47,329 nucleotides of DNA from Abditibacteriota bacterium. Its GTDB lineage: Bacteria > Armatimonadota > UBA5829. Numbering within the stretch: position 1 is the stretch's first letter; each line of letters opens with the position of its first letter. The stretch lies in the NCBI GenBank assembly GCA_017959625.1, contig JAGDAG010000276.1:1-47329 (forward strand). The letters are read 5' to 3'. A program made the translations under genes and the position numbers. The notes beneath the pieces were generated by a model. The model made no database searches. It had not been told where the DNA came from and saw nothing but the letters and a program-made list of their open reading frames with translations. This document shows, one piece after another, positions 9,322 to 17,822 of this stretch.

Positions 9322-9764
9322 TGAGATTACATGATTTAAAGCCCAACGACGGCGCTAAAAAAGACCGCAAAAGAGTTGGGCGCGGTCCCGGTTCCGGCCG
9401 CGGTACTACCGCAGGACGCGGAATGAACGGTCAGAAGTCCCGTTCCGGCGGCGGAGTTATGGTTGGTTTTGAAGGCGGACAGACGCCTTTATACAGAAAA
9501 CTGCCCCACAGAAAAGGGTTCAACAGCATAAACAAAAAGGATTACGTTGTTGTCAACGTGGCTGATTTTGATTCTTTTGAGGCCGGCGCGGAGATCACTA
9601 TCGCCGCTTTGCAGGAAGCAGGGATAATCAGCAACCTCAAGGACGGCGTCAAGGTCCTCGGCAACGGCGAGATCTCGAAGTCCTTTACTGTGAAAGCGAA
9701 CAAATTCTCAAAGTCAGCTATAGATAAGATCCAGGCTGCCGGAGGAACAGTGGAGGTTGTCTGA
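9321..9764 (+). CDS. rplO: 50S ribosomal protein L15
   Basis: [49 protein letters not shown] overlap with rpmD. Confidence 0.96.
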   Translation: MRLHDLKPNDGAKKDRKRVGRGPGSGRGTTAGRGMNGQKSRSGGGVMVGFEGGQTPLYRKLPHRKGFNSINKKDYVVVNVADFDSFEAGAEITIAALQEAGIISNLKDGVKVLGNGEISKSFTVKANKFSKSAIDKIQAAGGTVEVV

Positions 9765-11062
9765 TGCTTGAGTCTCTTGCGGCTGCATTCCGCAGTCCCG
9801 AGCTAAAAAAACGTATCCAGTATCTCATCCTGATGATGGCTGTGTATGTTCTTGGGCTGCATATAACCATCCCCGGTGTCGATCCCTCCAAGCTTTTCGG
9901 CGACGGAGGGGCGTTCAGCGGCGGTTTGGTTGACATGATGGATATGTTCGGCGGCGGCGCGTTCAAGAAGTATGCTATATTTGCCATGGGTATCATGCCC
10001 TACATCAACGCATCTATTATCATGCAGCTTCTGACTATCGCTTTCCCCAGCCTTGCTGCGCTGCAGAAGGAAGGGCCCGCCGGTCAGAAAAAAATCAAGC
10101 AATGGACCAGATGGCTTACGGGTATCCTTGCTTTCTTCCAGTCCTTTATGATGACTATGGTCCTCAAGAATTCAAACGCCATCAACGACAACGGGCTGGG
10201 CTGGCTGTATATACTCTATATCGCCGTCATACTTACTGCAGGGACGTGTTTTTTGGTATGGATGGGTGAAATGATCACCGAAAAAGGCATAGGAAACGGC
10301 GTTTCCATGGTCATATTTGCCGGTATCATGGTCACTCTTCCCTTCCAGCTGTTCTCGTCTGCCGCCCTGGCAGCTTCGTCGGGAGTGGGAGGCTGGTTCA
10401 GGTTTGCGCTGCTGATGCTTGTGTTTATCGCTACCGTAGCCTTTATGGTCGCCGTGACCCAGGCTCAGCGCAAAGTCCCTATCCAGAACGCCAGAAGAAC
10501 GGTGGGTAACAAGGTTTACGGCGGTCAGGCAACGCACCTTCCCCTGAAGGTGAATGCCGCGGGCGTTATCCCTATCATATTTGCCGTTTCCATCCAGTAT
10601 TTCCCTCTTACCATCGCCAACGCGCTGGCGCAGGGCAATCAGGATAACTGGTTCGTAAGGTTTGCTTCCGGGTTTGCTCCCGGCGGCTCCTGGTGGGGAT
10701 CTCTCATATACGCTCTGGGGATCCTGCTTTTCACGTATTTCTATACTGCGGTGACCTTCAACGTTGCCGACGTTACGGAAAACCTGAAAAAGCAGGGAAG
10801 CTATATCCCCGGTATCCGCCCCGGCAAGCCTACGCAGGAATACCTGGATAAGATCATGACAAGGATCACCCTTTTCGGCGCTATATTCCTTGCCATCGTT
10901 GCCCTTATCCAGTATTATATCCCCGGCTGGCTCGGTTTCGGCGGCACCTTCTCACTTATCGGCGGTACCTCGCTGCTGATCGTAGTGGGCGTTGCATTGG
11001 ATACCATGCAGCAGATCGAGTCCCAGCTTCTTATGAGGCATTATCAGGGCTTTATAAAATAA
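9764..11062 (+). CDS. secY: Preprotein translocase subunit SecY
   Basis: 432 aa, multi-pass membrane protein (GIMPYINASIIMQLL, ITEKGIGNGVSMVIFAGI). TGATG overlap with rplO. Confidence 0.96.
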   Translation: MLESLAAAFRSPELKKRIQYLILMMAVYVLGLHITIPGVDPSKLFGDGGAFSGGLVDMMDMFGGGAFKKYAIFAMGIMPYINASIIMQLLTIAFPSLAALQKEGPAGQKKIKQWTRWLTGILAFFQSFMMTMVLKNSNAINDNGLGWLYILYIAVILTAGTCFLVWMGEMITEKGIGNGVSMVIFAGIMVTLPFQLFSSAALAASSGVGGWFRFALLMLVFIATVAFMVAVTQAQRKVPIQNARRTVGNKVYGGQATHLPLKVNAAGVIPIIFAVSIQYFPLTIANALAQGNQDNWFVRFASGFAPGGSWWGSLIYALGILLFTYFYTAVTFNVADVTENLKKQGSYIPGIRPGKPTQEYLDKIMTRITLFGAIFLAIVALIQYYIPGWLGFGGTFSLIGGTSLLIVVGVALDTMQQIESQLLMRHYQGFIK

Positions 11063-11100
11063 AATATCGGGCAGCAGAGCTTCTGCTGCCTTATTCTCGT

Positions 11101-11127
11101 CCGCGCGCATTTTGCGCGGGCGTTTTT
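11101..11127 (+). terminator. Hairpin plus T-run after secY (partial terminator/attenuator before adk)
   Basis: CCGCGC...GCGCGG followed by GCGTTTTT. A second hairpin, GGCAGCAG/CTGCTGCC, lies just upstream at 11070-11090. Confidence 0.45.
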
Positions 11128-11137
11128 GGAGTGTATT

Positions 11138-11779
11138 ATGAGGATCGTTTTGTTCGGCCCTCCGGGCGCCGGAAAAGGCACCCAGGCCACTATGCTTTCC
11201 AGAGCTATAGGTGCGGAGCATATCTCCACCGGCGATATGCTTCGGGAAGCCATCAGCAGAGAAACCTCCGTGGGGCTTTCCGCCAAGGGTTATATGGACA
11301 AGGGTTTTCTTGTCCCGGATGAGATCGTTCTGGATATCGTAAAAGAAAAAATCGCGTCGGACTGCCGTCACGGCTTCATTCTTGACGGTTTCCCCCGGAC
11401 CATACCCCAGGCGGAAGGCCTGGACAGGCTTCTCGGGGAGCTCGGTATGCCTTTGGAAGCCGTGATCGACCTGGAGATATCTGCCCGTCGTATCGTGGAA
11501 CGCCTTTCCGGACGGCTCGTATGCCCCGGGTGCGGCGAGCCCTACAACAGGGTCTCAAAGCCTCCCGCAAAGGAAGGCGTATGCGATATCTGCGGCTGTG
11601 AGATAGTTCAGAGAGACGATGATAAGCCCGATGCGATCCACAACCGTCTTGCGACGTATGAGAAGAGTACCGCGCCGCTTATAGACTACTATCGCGGCAA
11701 GGGCATCCTGCACGGTATCGACGCAGATGCCGATATTGATGATATCCGGGGCAGGATCCTGAAGGTCTTAGGAGTTTGA
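11138..11779 (+). CDS. adk: Adenylate kinase (Zn-lid type)
   Basis: MRIVLFGPPGAGKGTQA P-loop. LID region with CPGCG...CDICG. Confidence 0.96.
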   Translation: MRIVLFGPPGAGKGTQATMLSRAIGAEHISTGDMLREAISRETSVGLSAKGYMDKGFLVPDEIVLDIVKEKIASDCRHGFILDGFPRTIPQAEGLDRLLGELGMPLEAVIDLEISARRIVERLSGRLVCPGCGEPYNRVSKPPAKEGVCDICGCEIVQRDDDKPDAIHNRLATYEKSTAPLIDYYRGKGILHGIDADADIDDIRGRILKVLGV

Positions 11780-11780
11780 T

Positions 11781-12539
11781 TTGGTTTACAAAAAGACTCC
11801 CCGCGAACTGGAACGTCAGCGTACGGCCTGCAAGGTGGTGGCAGAGGTGCTTTTGTATGCCGGAGTAGTTTTAAAAGCCGGAATGACGACCCTTGAGCTG
11901 GATAAGCTTATCGAAGAGAAGTGTTCCTCTCTCGGCGCCGTCCCTTCGTTCAAGGGGCTTTACGGCTTTCCGGGAGCCGCCTGCATCTCCGTAAACGACG
12001 AGCTTATCCACGGGATACCTTCCGACAGATGCGTGCTTAAGGACGGCGATCTTGTCAGCGTGGATTTCGGCGCCTGCAAAAACGGTTTTCACGGCGATTC
12101 CACCGTTACGTTCGTGGTGGGCGGCCCCGACAAGGCCGGAGAAGAAGCGCGCAGGCTTCTGGACGTCACAAGGCGCGCCCTTGAGATAGGTATCGAAAAC
12201 GCTTACGCCGGCAACAGGCTCGGCGATCTGGGCTACGCCGTGGAAAAGTACGTCACAAGCCAGGGCTGCAGTGTCGTCAGAGAATATGTGGGCCACGGTA
12301 TTGGCAAGCAGGTCCACGAGGATCCTTCCGTTCCGAACTACGGCCGCCCCGGAAAGGGGCTGAGGCTTTCGGAAGGAGTGGTGCTTGCCATAGAGCCTAT
12401 GGTCAATTACGGATCTCCCGAAATTCGGGTGTTGGATAACAAATGGACAGTGGTGACCCGGGACGGTTCTCTCTGCGCTCATTTTGAGCATACCGTTGCA
12501 GTAACGGGAAACGGTCCGGAAATACTCACAATGCTTTAG
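11781..12539 (+). CDS. map: Type I methionine aminopeptidase
   Basis: 252 aa, TTG start. Metal-ligand context [24 protein letters not shown]. Confidence 0.93.
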   Translation: MVYKKTPRELERQRTACKVVAEVLLYAGVVLKAGMTTLELDKLIEEKCSSLGAVPSFKGLYGFPGAACISVNDELIHGIPSDRCVLKDGDLVSVDFGACKNGFHGDSTVTFVVGGPDKAGEEARRLLDVTRRALEIGIENAYAGNRLGDLGYAVEKYVTSQGCSVVREYVGHGIGKQVHEDPSVPNYGRPGKGLRLSEGVVLAIEPMVNYGSPEIRVLDNKWTVVTRDGSLCAHFEHTVAVTGNGPEILTML

Positions 12540-12549
12540 GAGGTGCCCT

Positions 12550-12771
12550 TTGGCAAAAGAAGAAGCAATTACCGTTGAAGGCAGGGTGGTAGATTCCCTT
12601 CCGAACGCATCCTTTAAGGTGGAGCTGCCTCAGGGGCATATCATCACGGCTCATATATCCGGGAAGATGCGCATGAACTATATAAGGATACTTCCCGGCG
12701 ACAGAGTTACCGTAGAGCTGAGTCCCTACGATCTGACCCGGGGGAGGATCACCTACAGGTTCAAAAACTGA
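12550..12771 (+). CDS. infA: Translation initiation factor IF-1
   Basis: [72 protein letters not shown] start. Confidence 0.96.
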   Translation: MAKEEAITVEGRVVDSLPNASFKVELPQGHIITAHISGKMRMNYIRILPGDRVTVELSPYDLTRGRITYRFKN

Positions 12772-12800
12772 CACGGATCACAAAAAACGATAAACAGACT

Positions 12801-12828
12801 TTACTTTTGGCATTTATTATGGTATAAT
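12801..12828 (+). promoter_or_regulatory. Candidate internal promoter (extended -10) before rpmJ
   Basis: TTACTT (12801-12806), 16 nt, TGgTATAAT (12820-12828). It is embedded in a 9-bp inverted repeat, TGGCATTTA (12808-12816) with TAAATGCCA (12832-12840). Confidence 0.5.
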
Positions 12829-12896
12829 AATTAAATGCCATTAAATATTCTTATACTCACAGGCGTGTGGGTGTACAGAATAGAGAGGAGTGACTA

Positions 12897-13013
12897 ATGA
12901 AAGTCAGAGCTTCAGTTAAGCCTATGTGCGACAAGTGCAAGGTAATCAAAAGACATGGTGTTGTCAGGGTTATCTGCTCTGCGTATCCTAAGCACAAACA
13001 CAGACAAGGCTAA
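12897..13013 (+). CDS. rpmJ: 50S ribosomal protein L36 (absent from the ORF track because under 60 aa)
   Basis: Hand translation gives [47 protein letters not shown] at 12885-12890. Expected position between infA and rpsM. Confidence 0.95.
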   Translation: MKVRASVKPMCDKCKVIKRHGVVRVICSAYPKHKHRQG

Positions 13014-13049
13014 TGCCGGATACAAAAAGTTATTGGAGGAAAACGTAAC

Positions 13050-13427
13050 TTGGCACGAATTGCAGGTGTGGACTTACCTCGGGACAAGAGGATCGAATAT
13101 GGTCTGACCTATATTTTCGGGATCGGATTGACCAGCTCCCGCAAAATATTGGCCGAAGCCCAGGTCGATCCCGACACGAGAGTTAAGGACCTGACTGAGA
13201 TCGAGATCGGACGTCTCAGAAAAGTAATCGAAGGCAGTTATACTGTCGAAGGCGACCTCAGGCGTGAGGTCGGCATGGCTATACGCCGCTTAGTGGAGAT
13301 CGGCTGCAACAGAGGAAGACGCCACAGAATGAATCTTCCCGTCCGCGGCCAGAGAACAAAAACAAATGCAAGAACCAGAAAGGGCCCGAGAAAGACAGTC
13401 AGCAGGTCCAAGAAGGCAGCAGAATAG
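13050..13427 (+). CDS. rpsM: 30S ribosomal protein S13
   Basis: [26 protein letters not shown]; TTG start. Confidence 0.96.
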   Translation: MARIAGVDLPRDKRIEYGLTYIFGIGLTSSRKILAEAQVDPDTRVKDLTEIEIGRLRKVIEGSYTVEGDLRREVGMAIRRLVEIGCNRGRRHRMNLPVRGQRTKTNARTRKGPRKTVSRSKKAAE

Positions 13428-13439
13428 GGAGGCTTTTAA

Positions 13440-13832
13440 TTGGTTAGAAAACAAGAAACTCGCGTAAAAGCAAAGCCCAAGAGAAATGTTGCTCACGGTG
13501 TCGCTCATATCAAGAGTACTTTCAACAACACCCTCGTTTCCATCAGCGATGAAAACGGACAGGTGCTGTCTTGGTGTTCTGCCGGTCAGGTAGGCTTTAA
13601 AGGTTCCAAGAAGAGCACTCCTTTTGCCGCTTCCCTTGCTGCCGAAAAGGCTGCAAAGGCCGCCATGGAGCATGGTCTTCAGAAGGTCGACGTTATGGTA
13701 AAGGGGCCCGGTTCGGGACGAGAAACGGCTATCAGGGCGCTTGCCACCGCAGGGCTTGATATCGTTATGATCAAGGACGTTACGCCCATACCCCATAACG
13801 GCTGCAGACCTCCCAAGAGAAGAAGAGTATAG
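13440..13832 (+). CDS. rpsK: 30S ribosomal protein S11
   Basis: [43 protein letters not shown]; TTG start. Confidence 0.96.
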   Translation: MVRKQETRVKAKPKRNVAHGVAHIKSTFNNTLVSISDENGQVLSWCSAGQVGFKGSKKSTPFAASLAAEKAAKAAMEHGLQKVDVMVKGPGSGRETAIRALATAGLDIVMIKDVTPIPHNGCRPPKRRRV

Positions 13833-13864
13833 TTTGCATAGTTTGTAGAATAAGGAGATTATCA

Positions 13865-14521
13865 ATGTCATCACAAAGTATCCCTGCCTGCAAGATGTGC
13901 AGACGCGAAGGGGCAAAGTTATATATAAAAGGTACCCGGTGCTATTCCAAGAAATGTCCTTTTGATTCGGTCAAAGGCGGAAAGAACAACGAAAAGGCTG
14001 TTCCTCCCGTTCCCGGTATGCACGGCCAGAACATGCAGCGCAAGCTTTCCGATTACGGACAGCAGCTGCGCGAGAAGCAGAAGCTGAAGAGGATCTACGG
14101 CATGCGTGAGAAACAGTTTTCCATCGACGTTGCCGAAGCCGTCCGCAAGCCCGGCGTAACCGGTGAAAACCTGCTCAGACTGCTGGAGACGAGGCTTGAC
14201 AATATCGCCTACAGACTGTGCTTCGGATTTTCCCGCAAGCAGGCAAAACAGCTTGTAAGCCACGGACACGTGCTTGTGAACGGAAAAAAGGTGGACATAC
14301 CTTCCTATAAAGTCAAGACAGGCGACGTGATCTCCGTCGCCGAAAAGGCCAGAAGCATAGCGTTCGTTGTGGACTCTATCGCAGCAAACTCGAAAAATGT
14401 TCCGGTATGGCTCAGCCTCGATCCCGGCGCTTTTTCCGGAAAAGTGGTGGCTCTTCCCGCAAGAGATCAGATCGATACCGACGTTAACGAACAGCTGATC
14501 GTTGAATATTATTCCAGATAA
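13865..14521 (+). CDS. rpsD: 30S ribosomal protein S4 (N-terminal Cys4 form)
   Basis: CKMCRREGAKLYIKGTRCYSKKC, then the S4 RNA-binding domain (RLDNIAYRLCFGFSRKQAKQLVSHGHVLVNGKKVDIPSY). Confidence 0.95.
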   Translation: MSSQSIPACKMCRREGAKLYIKGTRCYSKKCPFDSVKGGKNNEKAVPPVPGMHGQNMQRKLSDYGQQLREKQKLKRIYGMREKQFSIDVAEAVRKPGVTGENLLRLLETRLDNIAYRLCFGFSRKQAKQLVSHGHVLVNGKKVDIPSYKVKTGDVISVAEKARSIAFVVDSIAANSKNVPVWLSLDPGAFSGKVVALPARDQIDTDVNEQLIVEYYSR

Positions 14522-14541
14522 TAGCGGAGGTGACCGATAAA

Positions 14542-15486
14542 ATGGGAAATGACGAGCCGAGAATCATTGTAAAGAAGGAAAGCGATCTTTCCGGCCAGTT
14601 TGTGGTGGAGCCTCTTGTTCATACCTTTGGGCATACCATAGGCAGCGCTCTCAGGAGAGTTCTTCTTTCCAACATAGAAGGCGCTGCGGTGACCTCCATT
14701 AAGATCAAAGGGGTAAAGCATGAATTTCAGACCATGGACGGAGTCCGGGAGGACGTTACCGAGTTCATGCTGAACATGCGGGGGCTCTATGTCAAGATGC
14801 AGACGCCGCCGGGGGATAATTCTCCGCGTAACCTTACTATCCATATAGAAGGGTCCGGAAGAGTTACCGGCGCCGATATCCAATGCGCTACAAACGATGT
14901 GATTGTTGTCAATCCTGATGTTTATCTGTGTGAGATCACCGATGAAGCCGGTTCTCTGGATGTGGAAATGACTGTTGAAAAGGGCTACGGTTTCGTGCTT
15001 CCCGAAAAGCAGCGCATCCGCAAGGACGGAAATATTGGTATCATACCAATGGCGTCCGTTTTTACTCCGGTCATCAAGGTTTCCTATAATGTGGAGCCCA
15101 CACGGGTAGGTCATGATACTCATTTTGAGCGACTGGTTCTTAATATCGAAACAAACGGGACAGTGTCCCCCGGCGAAGTGCTTGTTGAAGGCTGCAACAT
15201 TCTTATAAAGCAGTTCAATCTTATCCGCAGCTTTGCCGGTGAAATAGGTGAAATGACAGGTTATGAAATACCGATCGCCTCGGATCCCAAACTCACTACA
15301 AAGGTCGAGGATCTGGCGTTCGGACACAGAACGGCCAACTGCCTCAGAAGGGAAAACATACAAACCGTTGCCGAGCTTATCAGCTATACCGAAAGCGATC
15401 TGCTCAAGCTCCGGAGTTTTGGCAAGAAATCCCTGGACGAGGTCATAGCCAAGCTTCATGATATGGGGCTCAGCCTTAAACGGTAG
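14542..15486 (+). CDS. rpoA: DNA-directed RNA polymerase alpha subunit
   Basis: FVVEPLVHTFGHTIGSALRRVLLS plus a C-terminal HhH domain (LAFGHRTANCLRRENIQTVAELI). The ATG at 14542 follows GGAGG; the GTG at 14530 overlaps the RBS. Confidence 0.95.
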   Translation: MGNDEPRIIVKKESDLSGQFVVEPLVHTFGHTIGSALRRVLLSNIEGAAVTSIKIKGVKHEFQTMDGVREDVTEFMLNMRGLYVKMQTPPGDNSPRNLTIHIEGSGRVTGADIQCATNDVIVVNPDVYLCEITDEAGSLDVEMTVEKGYGFVLPEKQRIRKDGNIGIIPMASVFTPVIKVSYNVEPTRVGHDTHFERLVLNIETNGTVSPGEVLVEGCNILIKQFNLIRSFAGEIGEMTGYEIPIASDPKLTTKVEDLAFGHRTANCLRRENIQTVAELISYTESDLLKLRSFGKKSLDEVIAKLHDMGLSLKR

Positions 15487-15552
15487 GGCTCCGTCTCTTC
15501 CGTTTCTTGCGGAAGAAACAGTATTATTAAAAATTAAGGTGGATTAAATATT

Positions 15553-16029
15553 ATGCGACATAAAGTTGCCGGCAGGAAACTTGGTTTACCTACCGATCAG
15601 CGTATGGCTCTTCTTAAGGGACTTGTCCGTAATCTTATCCTCAACGAGGGTATCATTACTACCGAGCCCCGCGCAAAAGAAGCAAGAGTTATTGCCGAAA
15701 AGCTGATAACTACCGCTAAGAAAGGTTGTTTTGCCAAAGCGGACAGCGAGCTTACAGCCGAAGAAAAAGCGCAGAAGGTACATGCTGTCAGAATGACCAG
15801 ACGCCTTATGCCTGCGCCCAAAATGCCCGGAAAGGTGCTTGCCATGAAGGGCGACAAGCAGAGGGCGGCAAAGGCGGCTATAAGAGAACACGATGCAGTG
15901 AAGCATCTGTTCGAGGATATCTGCCCCAAGGTCATGGACCGCAACGGCGGATATACAAGGATCACAAAGGTGGGGTTCAGAAGAGGCGACAACGCTTCTC
16001 TTGTAAAGCTTGAGTTAATTCTTGATTAA
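15553..16029 (+). CDS. rplQ: 50S ribosomal protein L17
   Basis: MRHKVAGRKLGLPTDQRMALLKGLVRNLILNEGIITTEPRAKE...GGYTRI. Confidence 0.95.
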   Translation: MRHKVAGRKLGLPTDQRMALLKGLVRNLILNEGIITTEPRAKEARVIAEKLITTAKKGCFAKADSELTAEEKAQKVHAVRMTRRLMPAPKMPGKVLAMKGDKQRAAKAAIREHDAVKHLFEDICPKVMDRNGGYTRITKVGFRRGDNASLVKLELILD

Positions 16030-16760
16030 TGAAGAATGTCAGGCTTATCCTGGAGTATGACGGTACGGATTATCACGGTTTTCAAAGGCAGCCTAACGGG
16101 CTCACCGTTCAGGAGGTCCTTGAAAACGCCGTATCCCGGATAACCGGGAGCAGCGTCATCATCGCTGCCGCGGGGCGTACGGATTCGGGAGTTCATGCTA
16201 CGGGCCAGGTCTGCAGTTTTCATACAGACACAAATATCAGCGCGGAAGGCCTCATAAACGGGATCAATTCTCTCCTTCCCGCCGATATTTCCGTCAGAAG
16301 TCTGGATTTCGCAGACTCTGACTTCCATGCCAGGTTTTCCGCAAAAAGCAGGCATTACAGCTACAGGATACTTAACAGAAAAGCTCCTTCGGCTCTGCTT
16401 TCCAGATACACCTGGCACGTAAAGAAGCATCTGGATCTGGATGCAATGAGGAAAGCGGCGGAGTTTCTTTTGGGAACTCATGATTTTGCTTCCTTTGCCA
16501 ATACCCCCTGTGTCCCGGACACCGTACGGGACGTGAAGGCTTTGTCCATACACAGAGCCGGCGATATAGTTTATATCGATATCAAAGCCAACGGTTTTTT
16601 GCGAAGTATGGTCCGGAACATCACCGGCCATTTGGCAGAGATCGGTCTCGGCAAGTGGGATCCGGAAGATACGGTAAGGCTTTTACAAGCCGCAGACAGA
16701 TGCGCCGCCGGAAGGTGCGCTCCGGCGCAGGGTTTGTTTTTTACACATGTAGATTATTAA
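16029..16760 (+). CDS. truA: tRNA pseudouridine(38-40) synthase
   Basis: LILEYDGTDYHGFQRQPN...AAGRTDSGVHATGQV (catalytic Asp context). TAATG overlap with rplQ. Confidence 0.93.
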   Translation: MKNVRLILEYDGTDYHGFQRQPNGLTVQEVLENAVSRITGSSVIIAAAGRTDSGVHATGQVCSFHTDTNISAEGLINGINSLLPADISVRSLDFADSDFHARFSAKSRHYSYRILNRKAPSALLSRYTWHVKKHLDLDAMRKAAEFLLGTHDFASFANTPCVPDTVRDVKALSIHRAGDIVYIDIKANGFLRSMVRNITGHLAEIGLGKWDPEDTVRLLQAADRCAAGRCAPAQGLFFTHVDY

Positions 16761-16776
16761 TTAACGAGGATATGCA

Positions 16777-17211
16777 ATGAAGACATATTTGGCTAAGAAT
16801 GAAACAGTAGAACGCAAATGGTTTCTGATAGACGCTACTAACATGCCTGTAGGTCGTCTTGCAGCTGAAACGGCCAAGATTCTTAGAGGAAAGAATAAGC
16901 CTGTATTTACGCCCAACGTGGATTGCGGCGACCATGTGGTCATCATAAACGCCGATAAGGTCAGACTCACCGGAAACAACAAGGCCAGCGAGCCTATTTA
17001 CCGCCATTCCGGTTATCCCGGCGGTCTGAAGCAGCGTCCCAGAGGCGAATATCTGGAAAAAATGCCCGTTCAGTATGTCATGAGGACAGTAAGAGGCATG
17101 CTCCCCAAGAATACTCTTGGCAAAAAGATGCTTAAGAAGCTGCGCGTCTATGCAGGGCCCGAGCACGAACAGCAGGCTCAGAAGCCCGAAGCGATCTCAT
17201 TCGAAAAATAA
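16777..17211 (+). CDS. rplM: 50S ribosomal protein L13
   Basis: ERKWFLIDATNMPVGRLAAETAKILRGKNKPVFTPNVDCGDHVVIINADKV. Confidence 0.96.
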   Translation: MKTYLAKNETVERKWFLIDATNMPVGRLAAETAKILRGKNKPVFTPNVDCGDHVVIINADKVRLTGNNKASEPIYRHSGYPGGLKQRPRGEYLEKMPVQYVMRTVRGMLPKNTLGKKMLKKLRVYAGPEHEQQAQKPEAISFEK

Positions 17212-17291
17212 GCGATGCCTGCAGCTGCTCAGGGCTGCGGGGCCATTTCCCGCAGAAACGGCAGTTGCTGTTTTAAAAAAAGGTGGATTAA

Positions 17292-17684
17292 ATGGAAAAA
17301 CAAAGATTTTACGGGACCGGAAAAAGAAAGAATGCCGTTGCAAGAGTATGGCTCAGTCCCGGTGAAGGAAACATAACTATCAACGGAAAGCCCATGTCCG
17401 AGTACGTGGGCAGGAGAAGCCTGGAGCTTCTTATAACACAGCCCTTTGCCATAATCGACGCTATGGGCAAGTTCGATATCTGGGCGACAGCCTCCGGCGG
17501 CGGTATTTCCGGCCAGGCCGGCGCCGTGCGCCACGGCATTGCCGTTGCCCTTACCAAATTTGACGAAGAAAACAGAACTATCCTCCGCCGCAGCGGTTTC
17601 CTTACCAGAGACCCTCGCGTAAAGGAAAGGAAAAAATACGGACGGGAAGGCGCAAGAAGAGGCTTCCAGTTCACCAAGCGTTAA
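17292..17684 (+). CDS. rpsI: 30S ribosomal protein S9
   Basis: [25 protein letters not shown]...[16 protein letters not shown]...[12 protein letters not shown]...[10 protein letters not shown]. Confidence 0.96.
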   Translation: MEKQRFYGTGKRKNAVARVWLSPGEGNITINGKPMSEYVGRRSLELLITQPFAIIDAMGKFDIWATASGGGISGQAGAVRHGIAVALTKFDEENRTILRRSGFLTRDPRVKERKKYGREGARRGFQFTKR

Positions 17685-17713
17685 GCTTTTTCTGCATCCG
17701 GCAGTATATAAGT

Positions 17714-17748
17714 CCCCGCAAGCGTTTTGCGGGGCTTTCGTTTTTTTT
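17714..17748 (+). terminator. Intrinsic terminator ending the r-protein block
   Basis: CCCCGCAA, loop, TTGCGGGG, then CTTTCGTTTTTTTT. Confidence 0.85.
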
Positions 17749-17822
17749 AAGAAACGCCGGATATGCTATAATAATACTGAAGGCGTCCGTCTTTATATCT
17801 TCGGACGCCCAACGGAGGAAAT

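Noticed and set aside
15536-17293. Identical 14-nt string AAGGTGGATTAAAT upstream of both rplQ (15536-15549) and rpsI (17280-17293).
   Set aside because: It is most simply a strong anti-SD-complementary RBS in an A/T-rich context, used twice. It is too short to argue for a regulatory repeat without genome-wide statistics.
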